Assembly: GCA_965227295.1 (NCBI GenBank)
Contig: OZ245742.1
Coordinates: forward strand, 480,001-544,000
Origin: Leptonemataceae bacterium
GTDB lineage: Bacteria > Spirochaetota > Leptospiria > Leptospirales > Leptonemataceae
Direction: 5' to 3'
DNA: 64,000 bases
Within the stretch, counting starts at the first letter, position 1. Each line of letters starts with the position of its first letter. Below the pieces are notes generated by a model. It did no database searches and was not told the origin of the DNA. It worked only from the letters and a program-made list of their open reading frames with translations. This document shows positions 1 through 9,141 of the stretch, one piece after another. The translations under genes and the position numbers were made by a program.

Positions 1-1
1 C

Positions 2-625
2 ATCGGCGCGCACCACGGCTTCATCGACAAGTACATCGGCGACGCCATTATGGCGCTCTTTCCCGCGGACGCGGAGAACGCCCTCCTCGCGGCCGTCGAA
101 ATGCACCGCACCCTGCACGGCTACAACGCCATGCGCGTGGAACGCGGCGACGAGGCCGTGCGCATCGGCATCGGCATGAACACCGGCGAGTTGATGCTCG
201 GCTGCATCGGCGGGCGCAATCGCATGGAAGGTACGGTAATTTCCGACGCGGTGAACTTAGCGTCACGCATCGAAGAACTGAACAAAATCTACCAGACCCG
301 CATCCTCATCGGCGAGGCCATGCGCGCCCGGCTCGTGGACCCCGAGCGTTACCACATCCGCATGATCGATCGTGTGAAAGTGAAAGGCAAGTCCAAAGCC
401 GTGACGGTCTACGAGGTCTTCGACGCGGACCCGGACGAGCTGCGCGATCGCAAACAGGAAGGCCGCCGGGATTTCGAGCGCGGCTTCGCCACGTACCGCA
501 AACGCGAGTTCTCGGAAGCGCGACGAATTTTCGAAGATGTGCTCGGCCGCAATCCCGACGACACCGCGGCGGCAGTCTACATCAAACGCTGCGAAAAACT
601 GCTCAGCCAGGGGGTGGGGGTGTAA
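2..625 (+). CDS. Class III adenylate/guanylate cyclase, C-terminal part (5' end outside window)
   Basis: Frame open from window start: FIDKYIGDAIMALF, IGIGMNTG, TVISDAVNLASRIE, VKVKGK motifs, then a TPR-like tail. Confidence 0.93.
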   Translation: MGAHHGFIDKYIGDAIMALFPADAENALLAAVEMHRTLHGYNAMRVERGDEAVRIGIGMNTGELMLGCIGGRNRMEGTVISDAVNLASRIEELNKIYQTRILIGEAMRARLVDPERYHIRMIDRVKVKGKSKAVTVYEVFDADPDELRDRKQEGRRDFERGFATYRKREFSEARRIFEDVLGRNPDDTAAAVYIKRCEKLLSQGVGV

Positions 626-730
626 GATGAGTGATCGACTCGCAAATAAGGAAATCAAAAAATGATCACCAGGCAACAACGGAACCGTGGTGTATGAGAG
701 ACCCGAATTGTTTGTCGGCTCTTCGCGCAA

Positions 731-830
731 GGGATTGGAAGGGTCGCGAAGCGAGTCTCGCGTCTTCGCGAGACCGAAGCCGAAGGCGGAGCCCTGGAAA
801 GCCCGGTCGTCGCGCAGCGACGATGCGCCC
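731..830. repeat. REP-like palindromic element, homologous to the 3' part of the 420-bp elements at 43.2 and 49.6 kb
   Basis: gggtcgcgaagcgagtctcgcg...cgcgagaccgaagccgaaggcggagccctggaaagcccgg...cgccc aligns with 43481-43580; contains nested hairpins. Confidence 0.75.
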
Positions 831-982
831 AAAAAAGTCTCTCATCGTCGCGCCCGCGTGTTCCACGCCCGATTCCTCGAAGTCCGGCGACGCACCGGGC
901 GTTTATGAAGTCACCGGCCGCGCAAGCCGGCGCGGCATTTCTCTTGCGCTCAAATGCCGGAACGTGTTCTGTTAAACCTATT

Positions 983-1753
983 ATGAACGGTCAAATCATC
1001 GGCATCCTCGGACTCATTGCCGGCCTCGCGGCCGTTCTCGTCGGCGCCGTCGTTGGATTCCTGTACGCCGGCATCGTTTTCGGCGCGATCATGACCGCGG
1101 TGGCCGTGCTCTACGTTGTCATCGTCTGGTTTTTCTGGCTCGGTCCCACCCTGGAACACAACCGTCTCACGCGCGACGGCGTCCCGGCCCGGGGAACCAT
1201 CCTCGAAGTCCACGACACCGGAACGTCCGTGAACAAGGATCCCCTGGTTAAACTTCTGATCGAAGTACGTTTACCGGACACGGCGCCGTACAAAGTCCAA
1301 TCGCGCACGGTCATCTCCCGGCTGAACGTGGCGCACTTTACGCCCGGCACGCCCGTGGGCCTGCGGGTGGATCCGAAGAATCAGAAAAAGGTCATCATCG
1401 AAAGCGTGGGCGACGCTTCCGCCGCGACTCCGGGCGGCGTCCCGCAACAGATCCAGGAACTGCTCGCCGCGGCGGCGCAGCGCAATCGTAGAATTCTCGA
1501 CACCGGCGAGGCGGCTGCGGCGATCATCCTGGAATGCCTGCCGTTGAACGTTCATGTCGACGGCGACAACCCGGCCATGGAATTCCGCCTTAAGGTTTTG
1601 CCCGCAAACGACGCGCCCTTCGAAGCCCGGGCCACGGCGGTCATCATGCAGGAGTCCGCATCGCGCTACCAGCCCGGCAGCGAAATCGACGTGAAGTTCG
1701 ACCCGAACGATCGCGAACACGCCGCCATCGTCTCCCGTCCCCCGCCGGGCTGA
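983..1753 (+). CDS. Membrane protein with two tandem DUF3592-like beta domains
   Basis: Two N-terminal TM helices; internal duplication GVPARGTILEV..VNKDP..DPKN versus GEAAAAIILEC..VDGDNP..DPND; ATG 983 preferred over 905. Confidence 0.65.
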   Translation: MNGQIIGILGLIAGLAAVLVGAVVGFLYAGIVFGAIMTAVAVLYVVIVWFFWLGPTLEHNRLTRDGVPARGTILEVHDTGTSVNKDPLVKLLIEVRLPDTAPYKVQSRTVISRLNVAHFTPGTPVGLRVDPKNQKKVIIESVGDASAATPGGVPQQIQELLAAAAQRNRRILDTGEAAAAIILECLPLNVHVDGDNPAMEFRLKVLPANDAPFEARATAVIMQESASRYQPGSEIDVKFDPNDREHAAIVSRPPPG

Positions 1754-1799
1754 ACACGCCCGCACGGCACCGTCTGCCTTAACTTTTGCACAGGTTAAG

Positions 1800-4700
1800 T
1801 TAAATTTCTCGCGGCAGAACCCGCGACTTGCGGCCCTGGATCTCGCTTCCCCGGCGCCGGAACCGCAGCAAGGCCCGCATTCGATCCAGCGCATGCCCGG
1901 CGTCCGCGACCAACAGATACAAACACGGCAGCAATACCAACACCAGCGGCGTCGCAAAGACCAGGCCCCAGCCCAGGGCCAGGGCCATGGGCGCGTTCGA
2001 AGGATCCTCGCCGCCGAGACCGTAGGCCAGGGGCAACAGGCCCGCGGCGGTGGTGACCGTGGTCATCACGATCGCCCGCAGACGATCCGCCGAGGCGCGG
2101 GCCACAAGATCGTTAAGTTTCATCTCTGGGAAGTTACGGCGTAAACGATTGATGCGATCCACGAGCACCAGGGAATCGTTCACCACCACGCCGGCCAGAC
2201 CGATGGTTCCGAGCATGGCCATGAAACTCAGCGGTTCGCCGTGCAACGCGAAGATGATCACCACACCGGTGAGCCCGAAGGGCACGGCGGCGAGAACGAT
2301 CAACGGTTGCGTGAAGGACTGAAACAACAGCACGAGCAGAAAATAAATTCCCAGGATTGCGAGCAAAAACGCACGCAGAGCATGGCCGGTGGATTCCTGC
2401 TCCTGTTTCGCGGCGCCCTCGATACGCAGCCGCATGCCTGGAAACTTCGAGAGATCCACACTTGCCGCCACGTCCCGCGCGGCGACCGTGGGCGCGATGA
2501 TCGTTTCATCCGTGCGCGCCTGGACCTTCGTGGTTCGTTCGCCGTCCACATGGGCGTAACCGGCCGGCCCCGGCCGAACGGGAAACCGCGCCACGTGTTT
2601 TAACGGTACCAGCATACCGGTGTTGTTCGGCACCGGCAGCTCACGCAAATAACGCAGATCGCGGCGCAGGCGATCCGGCAACTTCAATCGAAAGCGCGTA
2701 TCGTCTTCGCCGTACTGGACCCGCGTGACCTCCTCACCGTCGTACGCGATGCGCACCGTGCGCATGATCGTCGCCGTATCCAGACCGAAGCGCGCCACGG
2801 CCTCGTAGTCCAGGGCCACCTCGATCTGCTCTTTGCCGCGGTGGTCGTCACGGTCGACGTCGTGCACGCCTTCCATGGCCTCCAGTTTTGCGAAGACCTC
2901 GTCCGTAAGCCGGCGGCGCACGACATCGTCGGCGCCGCTAATGTGCAGCGAGATGGGCTTCTCCGGCGACGGGCCGCTGTCGCCGATGTCCAGAGTAACA
3001 CGATCCATGCCGTGTTCCAGACGCAGCCCTTCGAAGGCCCGGCGTAATTCCGTACCGATCTCGTCGGCGCTGCGATCGCGTTTCGCGTACGGCGTTAAGT
3101 TGACATAAATCGTAGCTACGTAAGATTGTGAGACCGCTCCCTTGACACCGACGATGGACAGAAACGAATCCAGCTCCGTGTCGGGCAGAGCGCTCAGGGC
3201 ATCCTCGACGGCCGAGACGGCGTCCGAGGTCTTAGCGAGGGACGTGCCGACAGGCATGTCCACGTAGACCTGGAAATCCTCCGCGCCTTCCGAGGGAAAG
3301 AGCTTCATCGGCATGAACACGACGGCGTAGATCGCCGCGAGCATGAGCGCCGCAACGAATCCGCCAGGCCACCAGGCGCGGTACTCCAGGGCCGTGCGCA
3401 GCCAGGTCTCAAATCGGCCGCGCACGGGAGAAAACCAATCGTGCTCGATCGAAGCGTCCGCCCCGGCCGACGTTTTGCTCCCGCGACCCTGCCGGCCCTC
3501 GAGACCGTGGGCGACGTGAGCCGGCAGAGCGATCAAACTCTCCACGAGTGAGAGCAACAACGCCACGGTTACGACGAGCGGCACCACAAAGATGAACTTT
3601 CCGATGTCGCCGGGTATGAAAAACATGGGCAGGAACGCGAGGATCGTCGTCGCCACCGTCGTGAGCACCGGCAAAAATACGATCTGCAAGCCGCGCCCCG
3701 CCGCGTGCACCGGTGAACGCCCGGCCTGCCACTCGGCGTAGATCGTCTCGGATACGATGATCGCGTCGTCCACGATGATGCCGAGTACAAGGATCATCGC
3801 AGTTAATGTTACGACGTCGAGATGCACGTCGAAGAACGGCAACACCGCGATCGTTCCCAGCAGCGTAACGGGAATGCCCAGGGCGACCCAGTAGGCCGTG
3901 CGAAAGTTCAGAAAGATCGTCAGGATCACCACGACCAGAAGAAAGCCGGTGAGGCCGTTCACCAGGACCACGCTGAAACTCGCGCGCACGTACCGGGACA
4001 AATCGTGCGAGTACGTAAACTCCACGTCACCGGCGAACGGCTCCTCGGCATTCACCAGCTCACGCACGGCTTCCACGGTTCGAATGATGTCCGCGGATTC
4101 CTTTTTGCGAATACTGAAGACAATCATGTTATCACGGCCGTCAATGCGTGCCAGCACTGTTTCGTCTTCGAAATCGTCACGCACTACGGCGACGTCCTTC
4201 AGTTTGACGCCGTGATAGAAGTTACTCCGCACGATGACGTCGCCGACCTCCTCCGGCTCGCGAAATTGCGCGAGGGTTACCACGTTGCGCTCGGCGGTGT
4301 ACGACTCCAGGGTGCCCCCGGTGCCGCGCACGTTGCGCGCCTGAACGGCGTGCAGGATCTCCACGGGCGACATCTGGTATTCTTCGAGTTTTTGCGGATC
4401 GATTTCGATCTTCACTTCCCGCGCGCGAAAGCCGTATTTCTCCACGCCGGAGACGCCGTCCACTTCCAGGATCTTCTTCTCGAACGTGCGCGCGTATTCA
4501 CGTAACTTGCGATAGATTAATGTTTGCGAGGAGAGGCCGACTTCGATGATGGGCAGTTCCGAGGCGCGAATGCGGGACACCACCGGCGGCGCCGGCAGAG
4601 ACGACGGCAACCGCGGCGTGCGTCCCACGGCCTCGCGCACTTCCTGGATGGCATTGTCCGTTTCCCGTCGACCGAGGTCCGGTTCGAAGTGTACTGTAAT

Positions 4701-5021
4701 GGAAGAAACCCCTTCGAACGAAAGCGAGGTGAGCTTATCGACGCCCGACACGGCGCGCAATTCCCGCTCCAGGCGATTCGTCACGTTCAGCTCCACATCC
4801 TCCGGCGAGGCCCCGGGATAGTAGGTCTGCACGATCACCCGGTCCAGTTCCACGCGCGGAAAGAGGTCCCGCCGTGCCGTGAGTACCGCGCTCAACCCGG
4901 CGACGAGAATCATCACCGTCAAAAGATTCGCGAAGAGTCGCTGTTCGGCAAAAAATCGAAAGATACGCGCGAGCACAGGTTTCTCCTCGTTAACGTCCGG
5001 TGGATCTGCGATAGTCCGCAA
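1800..5021 (-). CDS. RND (AcrB/AcrD/AcrF family) efflux permease
   Basis: 1073 aa; YPGASPEDVE, LGIIVDDAIIVSE, GVVVNDSLVLVD and RLRAIVMTTVTT motifs; exact start uncertain. Confidence 0.95.
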   Translation of the reverse strand: MRTIADPPDVNEEKPVLARIFRFFAEQRLFANLLTVMILVAGLSAVLTARRDLFPRVELDRVIVQTYYPGASPEDVELNVTNRLERELRAVSGVDKLTSLSFEGVSSITVHFEPDLGRRETDNAIQEVREAVGRTPRLPSSLPAPPVVSRIRASELPIIEVGLSSQTLIYRKLREYARTFEKKILEVDGVSGVEKYGFRAREVKIEIDPQKLEEYQMSPVEILHAVQARNVRGTGGTLESYTAERNVVTLAQFREPEEVGDVIVRSNFYHGVKLKDVAVVRDDFEDETVLARIDGRDNMIVFSIRKKESADIIRTVEAVRELVNAEEPFAGDVEFTYSHDLSRYVRASFSVVLVNGLTGFLLVVVILTIFLNFRTAYWVALGIPVTLLGTIAVLPFFDVHLDVVTLTAMILVLGIIVDDAIIVSETIYAEWQAGRSPVHAAGRGLQIVFLPVLTTVATTILAFLPMFFIPGDIGKFIFVVPLVVTVALLLSLVESLIALPAHVAHGLEGRQGRGSKTSAGADASIEHDWFSPVRGRFETWLRTALEYRAWWPGGFVAALMLAAIYAVVFMPMKLFPSEGAEDFQVYVDMPVGTSLAKTSDAVSAVEDALSALPDTELDSFLSIVGVKGAVSQSYVATIYVNLTPYAKRDRSADEIGTELRRAFEGLRLEHGMDRVTLDIGDSGPSPEKPISLHISGADDVVRRRLTDEVFAKLEAMEGVHDVDRDDHRGKEQIEVALDYEAVARFGLDTATIMRTVRIAYDGEEVTRVQYGEDDTRFRLKLPDRLRRDLRYLRELPVPNNTGMLVPLKHVARFPVRPGPAGYAHVDGERTTKVQARTDETIIAPTVAARDVAASVDLSKFPGMRLRIEGAAKQEQESTGHALRAFLLAILGIYFLLVLLFQSFTQPLIVLAAVPFGLTGVVIIFALHGEPLSFMAMLGTIGLAGVVVNDSLVLVDRINRLRRNFPEMKLNDLVARASADRLRAIVMTTVTTAAGLLPLAYGLGGEDPSNAPMALALGWGLVFATPLVLVLLPCLYLLVADAGHALDRMRALLRFRRRGSEIQGRKSRVLPREI

Positions 5022-5229
5022 ACACGCAACTGGAACGCACCGTCCCTTCGAAGTTTACGAGGGGCAGTGGTTGTGCGGTAATGCGGCCGGCCTCCCGGTC
5101 CTGGTTCCTCGCGGCCAGGGCCACGGCTTTTTGCCAGAGCGGATCATCCACCGCCGCGGAAGCGGAAGAGGACACGGCAAAGATCACTGAAGCGGTTGTT
5201 AGTAAGATGAGCCGGCGTGTTGCGAACAT
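4990..5229 (-). other. Short ORF with signal peptide, possibly a deleted remnant of a secreted-protein gene
   Basis: Sec-type signal (RRLILLTTASVIFAVSSSASA) followed by only ~55 aa; overlaps the RND start. Confidence 0.35.
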
Positions 5230-5325
5230 GCGCAGAGTTTACGACACAGCCGGATCCTCTACAATCCGCCGGGAATCAGGCGTCGTTTTCGGGGAAAAAG
5301 ACGTCGTGGGATGGCACCGACTCTT

Positions 5326-6312
5326 TCACTGAGCCGCGAGCTTCGGCATTTCTGCTAACCCGCGCTCCACGGAAATTACCGGAGCGTAGCCCAGTTCTCG
5401 TTTCGCTTTATCGATGCGAAGCGTACAATCGCGCGAAGTGATGTCCGCGGCGAAACGTGTGAGCGGCGGCGCTTTGCGAATGCGAAAGAGCCGCCACGTG
5501 CCTTCGATAATGCGCGCCAGGAAACGCACCAGGCCGCCCGGCATGGACTTCTCCGGCACGGCCACGCCCTGGGTCGCCACCAGCCCGCCCAGAAAATCGC
5601 GGAAGCTGTGAATCTCGTCGTCGGTAATGAAATACGCTTCCCCGCCCCGACCTTTTTCCAGCGCGAGCACGATGCCCTCGACGACGTTGTCGATGTGACT
5701 CGTCGAAGTTTTTGCCCGCCCGCCGTCGATCCACAGGAACGAACCCGCTTCGATCATCTGTAAGATTTCCGGAAGTATGGTTTCATCCCCCGGCCCCCAG
5801 ACCATGCGCGGTCGCACGGAAATCGTGGCGAAATTCGCGCCGGGATCGTTCGCGGCCAACACCCGTTTCTCCGCTTCCATTTTCGTTTCGCTGTACAGAT
5901 ACGGAGAACGGCGCGGCGGATACGGTTCCGTCTCGTCGATGTCGCGCATGTGTTCGCCGTAGAAGAGCGCCGCCTCGGTGCCCACGTGAACGAAACGTCG
6001 CACGCCCGCCGCCCGGGCCGCTGCTAACATCTGTTCGGTACCGGTTACGTTGGCCTCCCAGAAATCCTGGCGACTGCCCCATTGTTCCACGTAGGCCGCG
6101 CTGTGGACGACGCCCTGGCAGCCCTGGAGATGTTCCGCTGCCACGGCACCGAGGGAACAGCGCACCGGTTCAATGCTCGCATGCACGGCGCGGATCTTTT
6201 CGTCGCTTCGCTCGGAACGCGACATGGCGCGCACACTGTGTCCGTCTTTGATGAGCCGCCGGGCGACGGCACCGCCGATGAAACCGGACGCGCCGGTGAG
6301 GAAGATTTGCAT
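5326..6312 (-). CDS. NAD-dependent epimerase/dehydratase (3-beta-HSD-like extended SDR)
   Basis: TGASGFIG Rossmann motif, YSETK catalytic motif; start at MQIFLTG. Confidence 0.92.
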   Translation of the reverse strand: MQIFLTGASGFIGGAVARRLIKDGHSVRAMSRSERSDEKIRAVHASIEPVRCSLGAVAAEHLQGCQGVVHSAAYVEQWGSRQDFWEANVTGTEQMLAAARAAGVRRFVHVGTEAALFYGEHMRDIDETEPYPPRRSPYLYSETKMEAEKRVLAANDPGANFATISVRPRMVWGPGDETILPEILQMIEAGSFLWIDGGRAKTSTSHIDNVVEGIVLALEKGRGGEAYFITDDEIHSFRDFLGGLVATQGVAVPEKSMPGGLVRFLARIIEGTWRLFRIRKAPPLTRFAADITSRDCTLRIDKAKRELGYAPVISVERGLAEMPKLAAQ

Positions 6313-6418
6313 GATGAGATCCTGAAGCGGCCCCGGAACGCAACAAGTCCTTTTTTGCGACCCGGCGGCGGGATATTTTTCTTGTCTTCGAGTGCACTCC
6401 AGGTGGTTCACTGGGAAC

Positions 6419-6865
6419 ATGAGTACACGGAAAAGGACCCTGACGATCGGCGAACTGGCCTCGCGTACCGGGCGCAGTGCACACACGCTTCGCTACTACG
6501 AATCCGCCGGCCTCATTCCGGGAGTCGTCCGGGATGAAGAAGGGCGGCGGGTTTACTCGCATCGGCACGTCGGCTGGCTGGAATTACTACAGCGTTTGCG
6601 GCAGTCCGGCATGTCGATCCAGGAGATGAAGCAATACGCGGAACTCGTGGAACGGGGCGAAAGTACGGTCGGAAATCGCAAAGACTTCCTGCTCGAACAC
6701 GGGCGCAACATTCAGCAAAAGATTGATGAACTGCAACAATGCCTCGCACTCGTGAAAGACAAGGTTAAATTCTACGATCGCTGGCTGAGCCTCGGTCATA
6801 GGCCGAGGCGACCGCCGCGCCTCTCGGGATCGGAGCAGCCCGGGACCCACGAAAAGATTTGCTGA
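6419..6865 (+). CDS. MerR family transcriptional regulator
   Basis: LTIGELA...HTLRYYESAGLI...GRRVY...GMSIQEMK. Confidence 0.93.
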   Translation: MSTRKRTLTIGELASRTGRSAHTLRYYESAGLIPGVVRDEEGRRVYSHRHVGWLELLQRLRQSGMSIQEMKQYAELVERGESTVGNRKDFLLEHGRNIQQKIDELQQCLALVKDKVKFYDRWLSLGHRPRRPPRLSGSEQPGTHEKIC

Positions 6866-6899
6866 ATAGAATTTGATTCAAAATAACGGGAGCCGCACA

Positions 6900-7307
6900 A
6901 TGAGCGCAATCGAAAACAAAAAACTCATGGAAAACGTATTTGCGGGGCTCGCGACGGGCGATCAAAAACCGCTTCTTCGCAGCCTGGGCGAGAACATTCG
7001 CTGGCATATCATCGGCGAGACGCCGTGGTCCGGTACTTACGAAGGCAGACGCGCCGTACTCGGTGAACTCCTCGGCCCGCTCACGGCGCAGTTTGCGACT
7101 CGCTACAAGAATGACGCGCAGCGGATCCTCGCGACGGACGACTATGTGATCGTAGAAAGCCGGGGCCGGGTTCAAACCAGGGCCGGCAAATCTTACAACA
7201 ACACCTATTGCTGGGTTTGTCGAATTTCAGACAACAAGATTCAAGAATTAAACGAATACCTTGATACGGAGTTACTCGCCGGCCTGGAAGGGCCGCCCCC
7301 GGCGTAG
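6900..7307 (+). CDS. SnoaL/NTF2-like protein
   Basis: ENKKLMENVF, WSGTYEGR, GKSYNNTYCWV, IQELNEYLDT pattern. Confidence 0.85.
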   Translation: MSAIENKKLMENVFAGLATGDQKPLLRSLGENIRWHIIGETPWSGTYEGRRAVLGELLGPLTAQFATRYKNDAQRILATDDYVIVESRGRVQTRAGKSYNNTYCWVCRISDNKIQELNEYLDTELLAGLEGPPPA

Positions 7308-7316
7308 AAGCGGTCC

Positions 7317-9137
7317 TCAGCCCGCGCGTTTCCCGGCTTCGCCCGATTGCACGCGCCACAGATCCGCATAGACTCCGTTCTGCGCCACGAGATTGTCGTG
7401 GCGCCCGTCTTCCACGACCCGGCCGTTCTGCAACACGAGAATGCGATCCGCGCCGCGAATGGTCGATAGGCGGTGGGCAATGATCAAGGCCGTTTTGCCG
7501 CGAGTGAACTCGTTCAGGTTTTCCTGGATCTCGCGCTCCGTTTCCGTGTCCACCGACGACGTGGCCTCGTCGAAGATCATCAGCGGGGCGTCTTTTAAGA
7601 TGGCCCGGGCGATACTTAAGCGCTGGCGCTGGCCGCCGCTGAGTTTGATGCCCTTCTCGCCGACCATCGTCTCGTAACCGTCCGGCAACGTAAGCACAAA
7701 GTCGTGCAGGCGCGCCAGGCGGGCGGCCTCTTCGACGGCAGTCCGCAGTTCGCCGGCATCCTGCTCATCCACGAAACTTCCGTAGGCGATGTTCTCCGCA
7801 ATGGTGCCGTGAAAGAGATAGACGTCCTGGCTCACGAGCGCAATATTCCGTCGCAGATCCACTAACTTTAGATCACGAACATTTACTTCGTCCAGACAGA
7901 CGCGACCGGACGTCGCATCGTAAAAACGTAACAGCAGCTTGATCAACGTCGACTTGCCCGCGCCGGTGGAACCGGCGATGCCCACGGTCTGCCCCGGCTC
8001 CACGCGAAAGTGCAGGCCGTCGAGCACCGGCACGCCGTTGCCGTACTCGAAGCGCACGTTCTCGAAGGCGAAACCGCCCTGCGCCCGGCCGATCTCCCGG
8101 TGTTGCTCCGGGTCGCGAATCTTACTTTCGCTGGCGAGCAATCCGAACGTGCGCCGCGCACTGGCCTTCGCCCGTTCGTATTCGTCGAGCACGTTCCCCA
8201 GACGCGTGAGCGGCCAGAGCAGGCGCTGAATCATCATGGAAAAAAGTACCAGGCCGCCCACGCTTAGAATGCCGTCGTCGCGCAGAACCCAGTAGGAGCC
8301 CACCAGCAGGACGCCGCCGAATCCCAGGGCCACGCCCATGCGAATGAGCGGCACGTACAACGCACTGAGTTTAATTGCCTGGAAGTTAGCGGAGCGATAT
8401 TCGTCCGAGGCCTCGTCCACCCGCCGCGATTCAAAGCGCTCCGCCGTGAAGCTCTTGATCACCGCCACCCCGGCGATGTTGTTCTCCAGGCGCGCGTTGA
8501 GTTCGCCCACGGCCTTGCGCACGCGAGCGTAGCGCGGCGAGATCACTTTCTGGTAACGAAGGCTGCCCCAGAGGATGAGCGGGATCGGGAGAATGCCGAG
8601 GATGGCCAGTTGCCAGGAGACGCCGAGCAGTACAACGCCGGTAAAGAGAAACAGGACCAGTAGTTGCAGGAGTTCGTTGAAGCCGGTGTTCAGGAATCGT
8701 TCGAGTTGGTTGACGTCGTCGTTCAGCATCGTCATGGTTTCGCCCATGCGATGGTTTTCAAAGAACTCCAGTTCCCGGGACTGAATGTGATCGTAAGCGT
8801 CGGTGCGCAGGCGATGCTGAACCTTTTGCGCGAGCGTCATGAAACCGTACTGGTACCACCACTGAAAGAACGACTCCAGCGCGAAGATCAACACGCCGAG
8901 CACCGCCAGAAACGAAGCCATGGCCAGGGGCGTGCCCGTGCCGAAGGCGAAACCGACGAAGTTCGCAATCCAGTTCGGCGGCTCGCCGCGTACGGAATCG
9001 ATGACCCAGCCCACGAGCACCGGCGGCATGAGATCCAAGACCTTGTTACAGACCGAAGCAAAACACGCGCGATACAACTCCAGACGATGAGGACTGAGGT
9101 AGCGCCGTAGTTCGTGCAGGGCGTTCGGACCGTTCAT
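7317..9137 (-). CDS. ABC exporter, fused permease/ATP-binding protein
   Basis: N-terminal TMD; Walker A GSTGAGKST, LSGGQRQR signature, IFDEATS Walker B, IAHRLST. Confidence 0.96.
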   Translation of the reverse strand: MNGPNALHELRRYLSPHRLELYRACFASVCNKVLDLMPPVLVGWVIDSVRGEPPNWIANFVGFAFGTGTPLAMASFLAVLGVLIFALESFFQWWYQYGFMTLAQKVQHRLRTDAYDHIQSRELEFFENHRMGETMTMLNDDVNQLERFLNTGFNELLQLLVLFLFTGVVLLGVSWQLAILGILPIPLILWGSLRYQKVISPRYARVRKAVGELNARLENNIAGVAVIKSFTAERFESRRVDEASDEYRSANFQAIKLSALYVPLIRMGVALGFGGVLLVGSYWVLRDDGILSVGGLVLFSMMIQRLLWPLTRLGNVLDEYERAKASARRTFGLLASESKIRDPEQHREIGRAQGGFAFENVRFEYGNGVPVLDGLHFRVEPGQTVGIAGSTGAGKSTLIKLLLRFYDATSGRVCLDEVNVRDLKLVDLRRNIALVSQDVYLFHGTIAENIAYGSFVDEQDAGELRTAVEEAARLARLHDFVLTLPDGYETMVGEKGIKLSGGQRQRLSIARAILKDAPLMIFDEATSSVDTETEREIQENLNEFTRGKTALIIAHRLSTIRGADRILVLQNGRVVEDGRHDNLVAQNGVYADLWRVQSGEAGKRAG

Positions 9138-9141
9138 GCGG

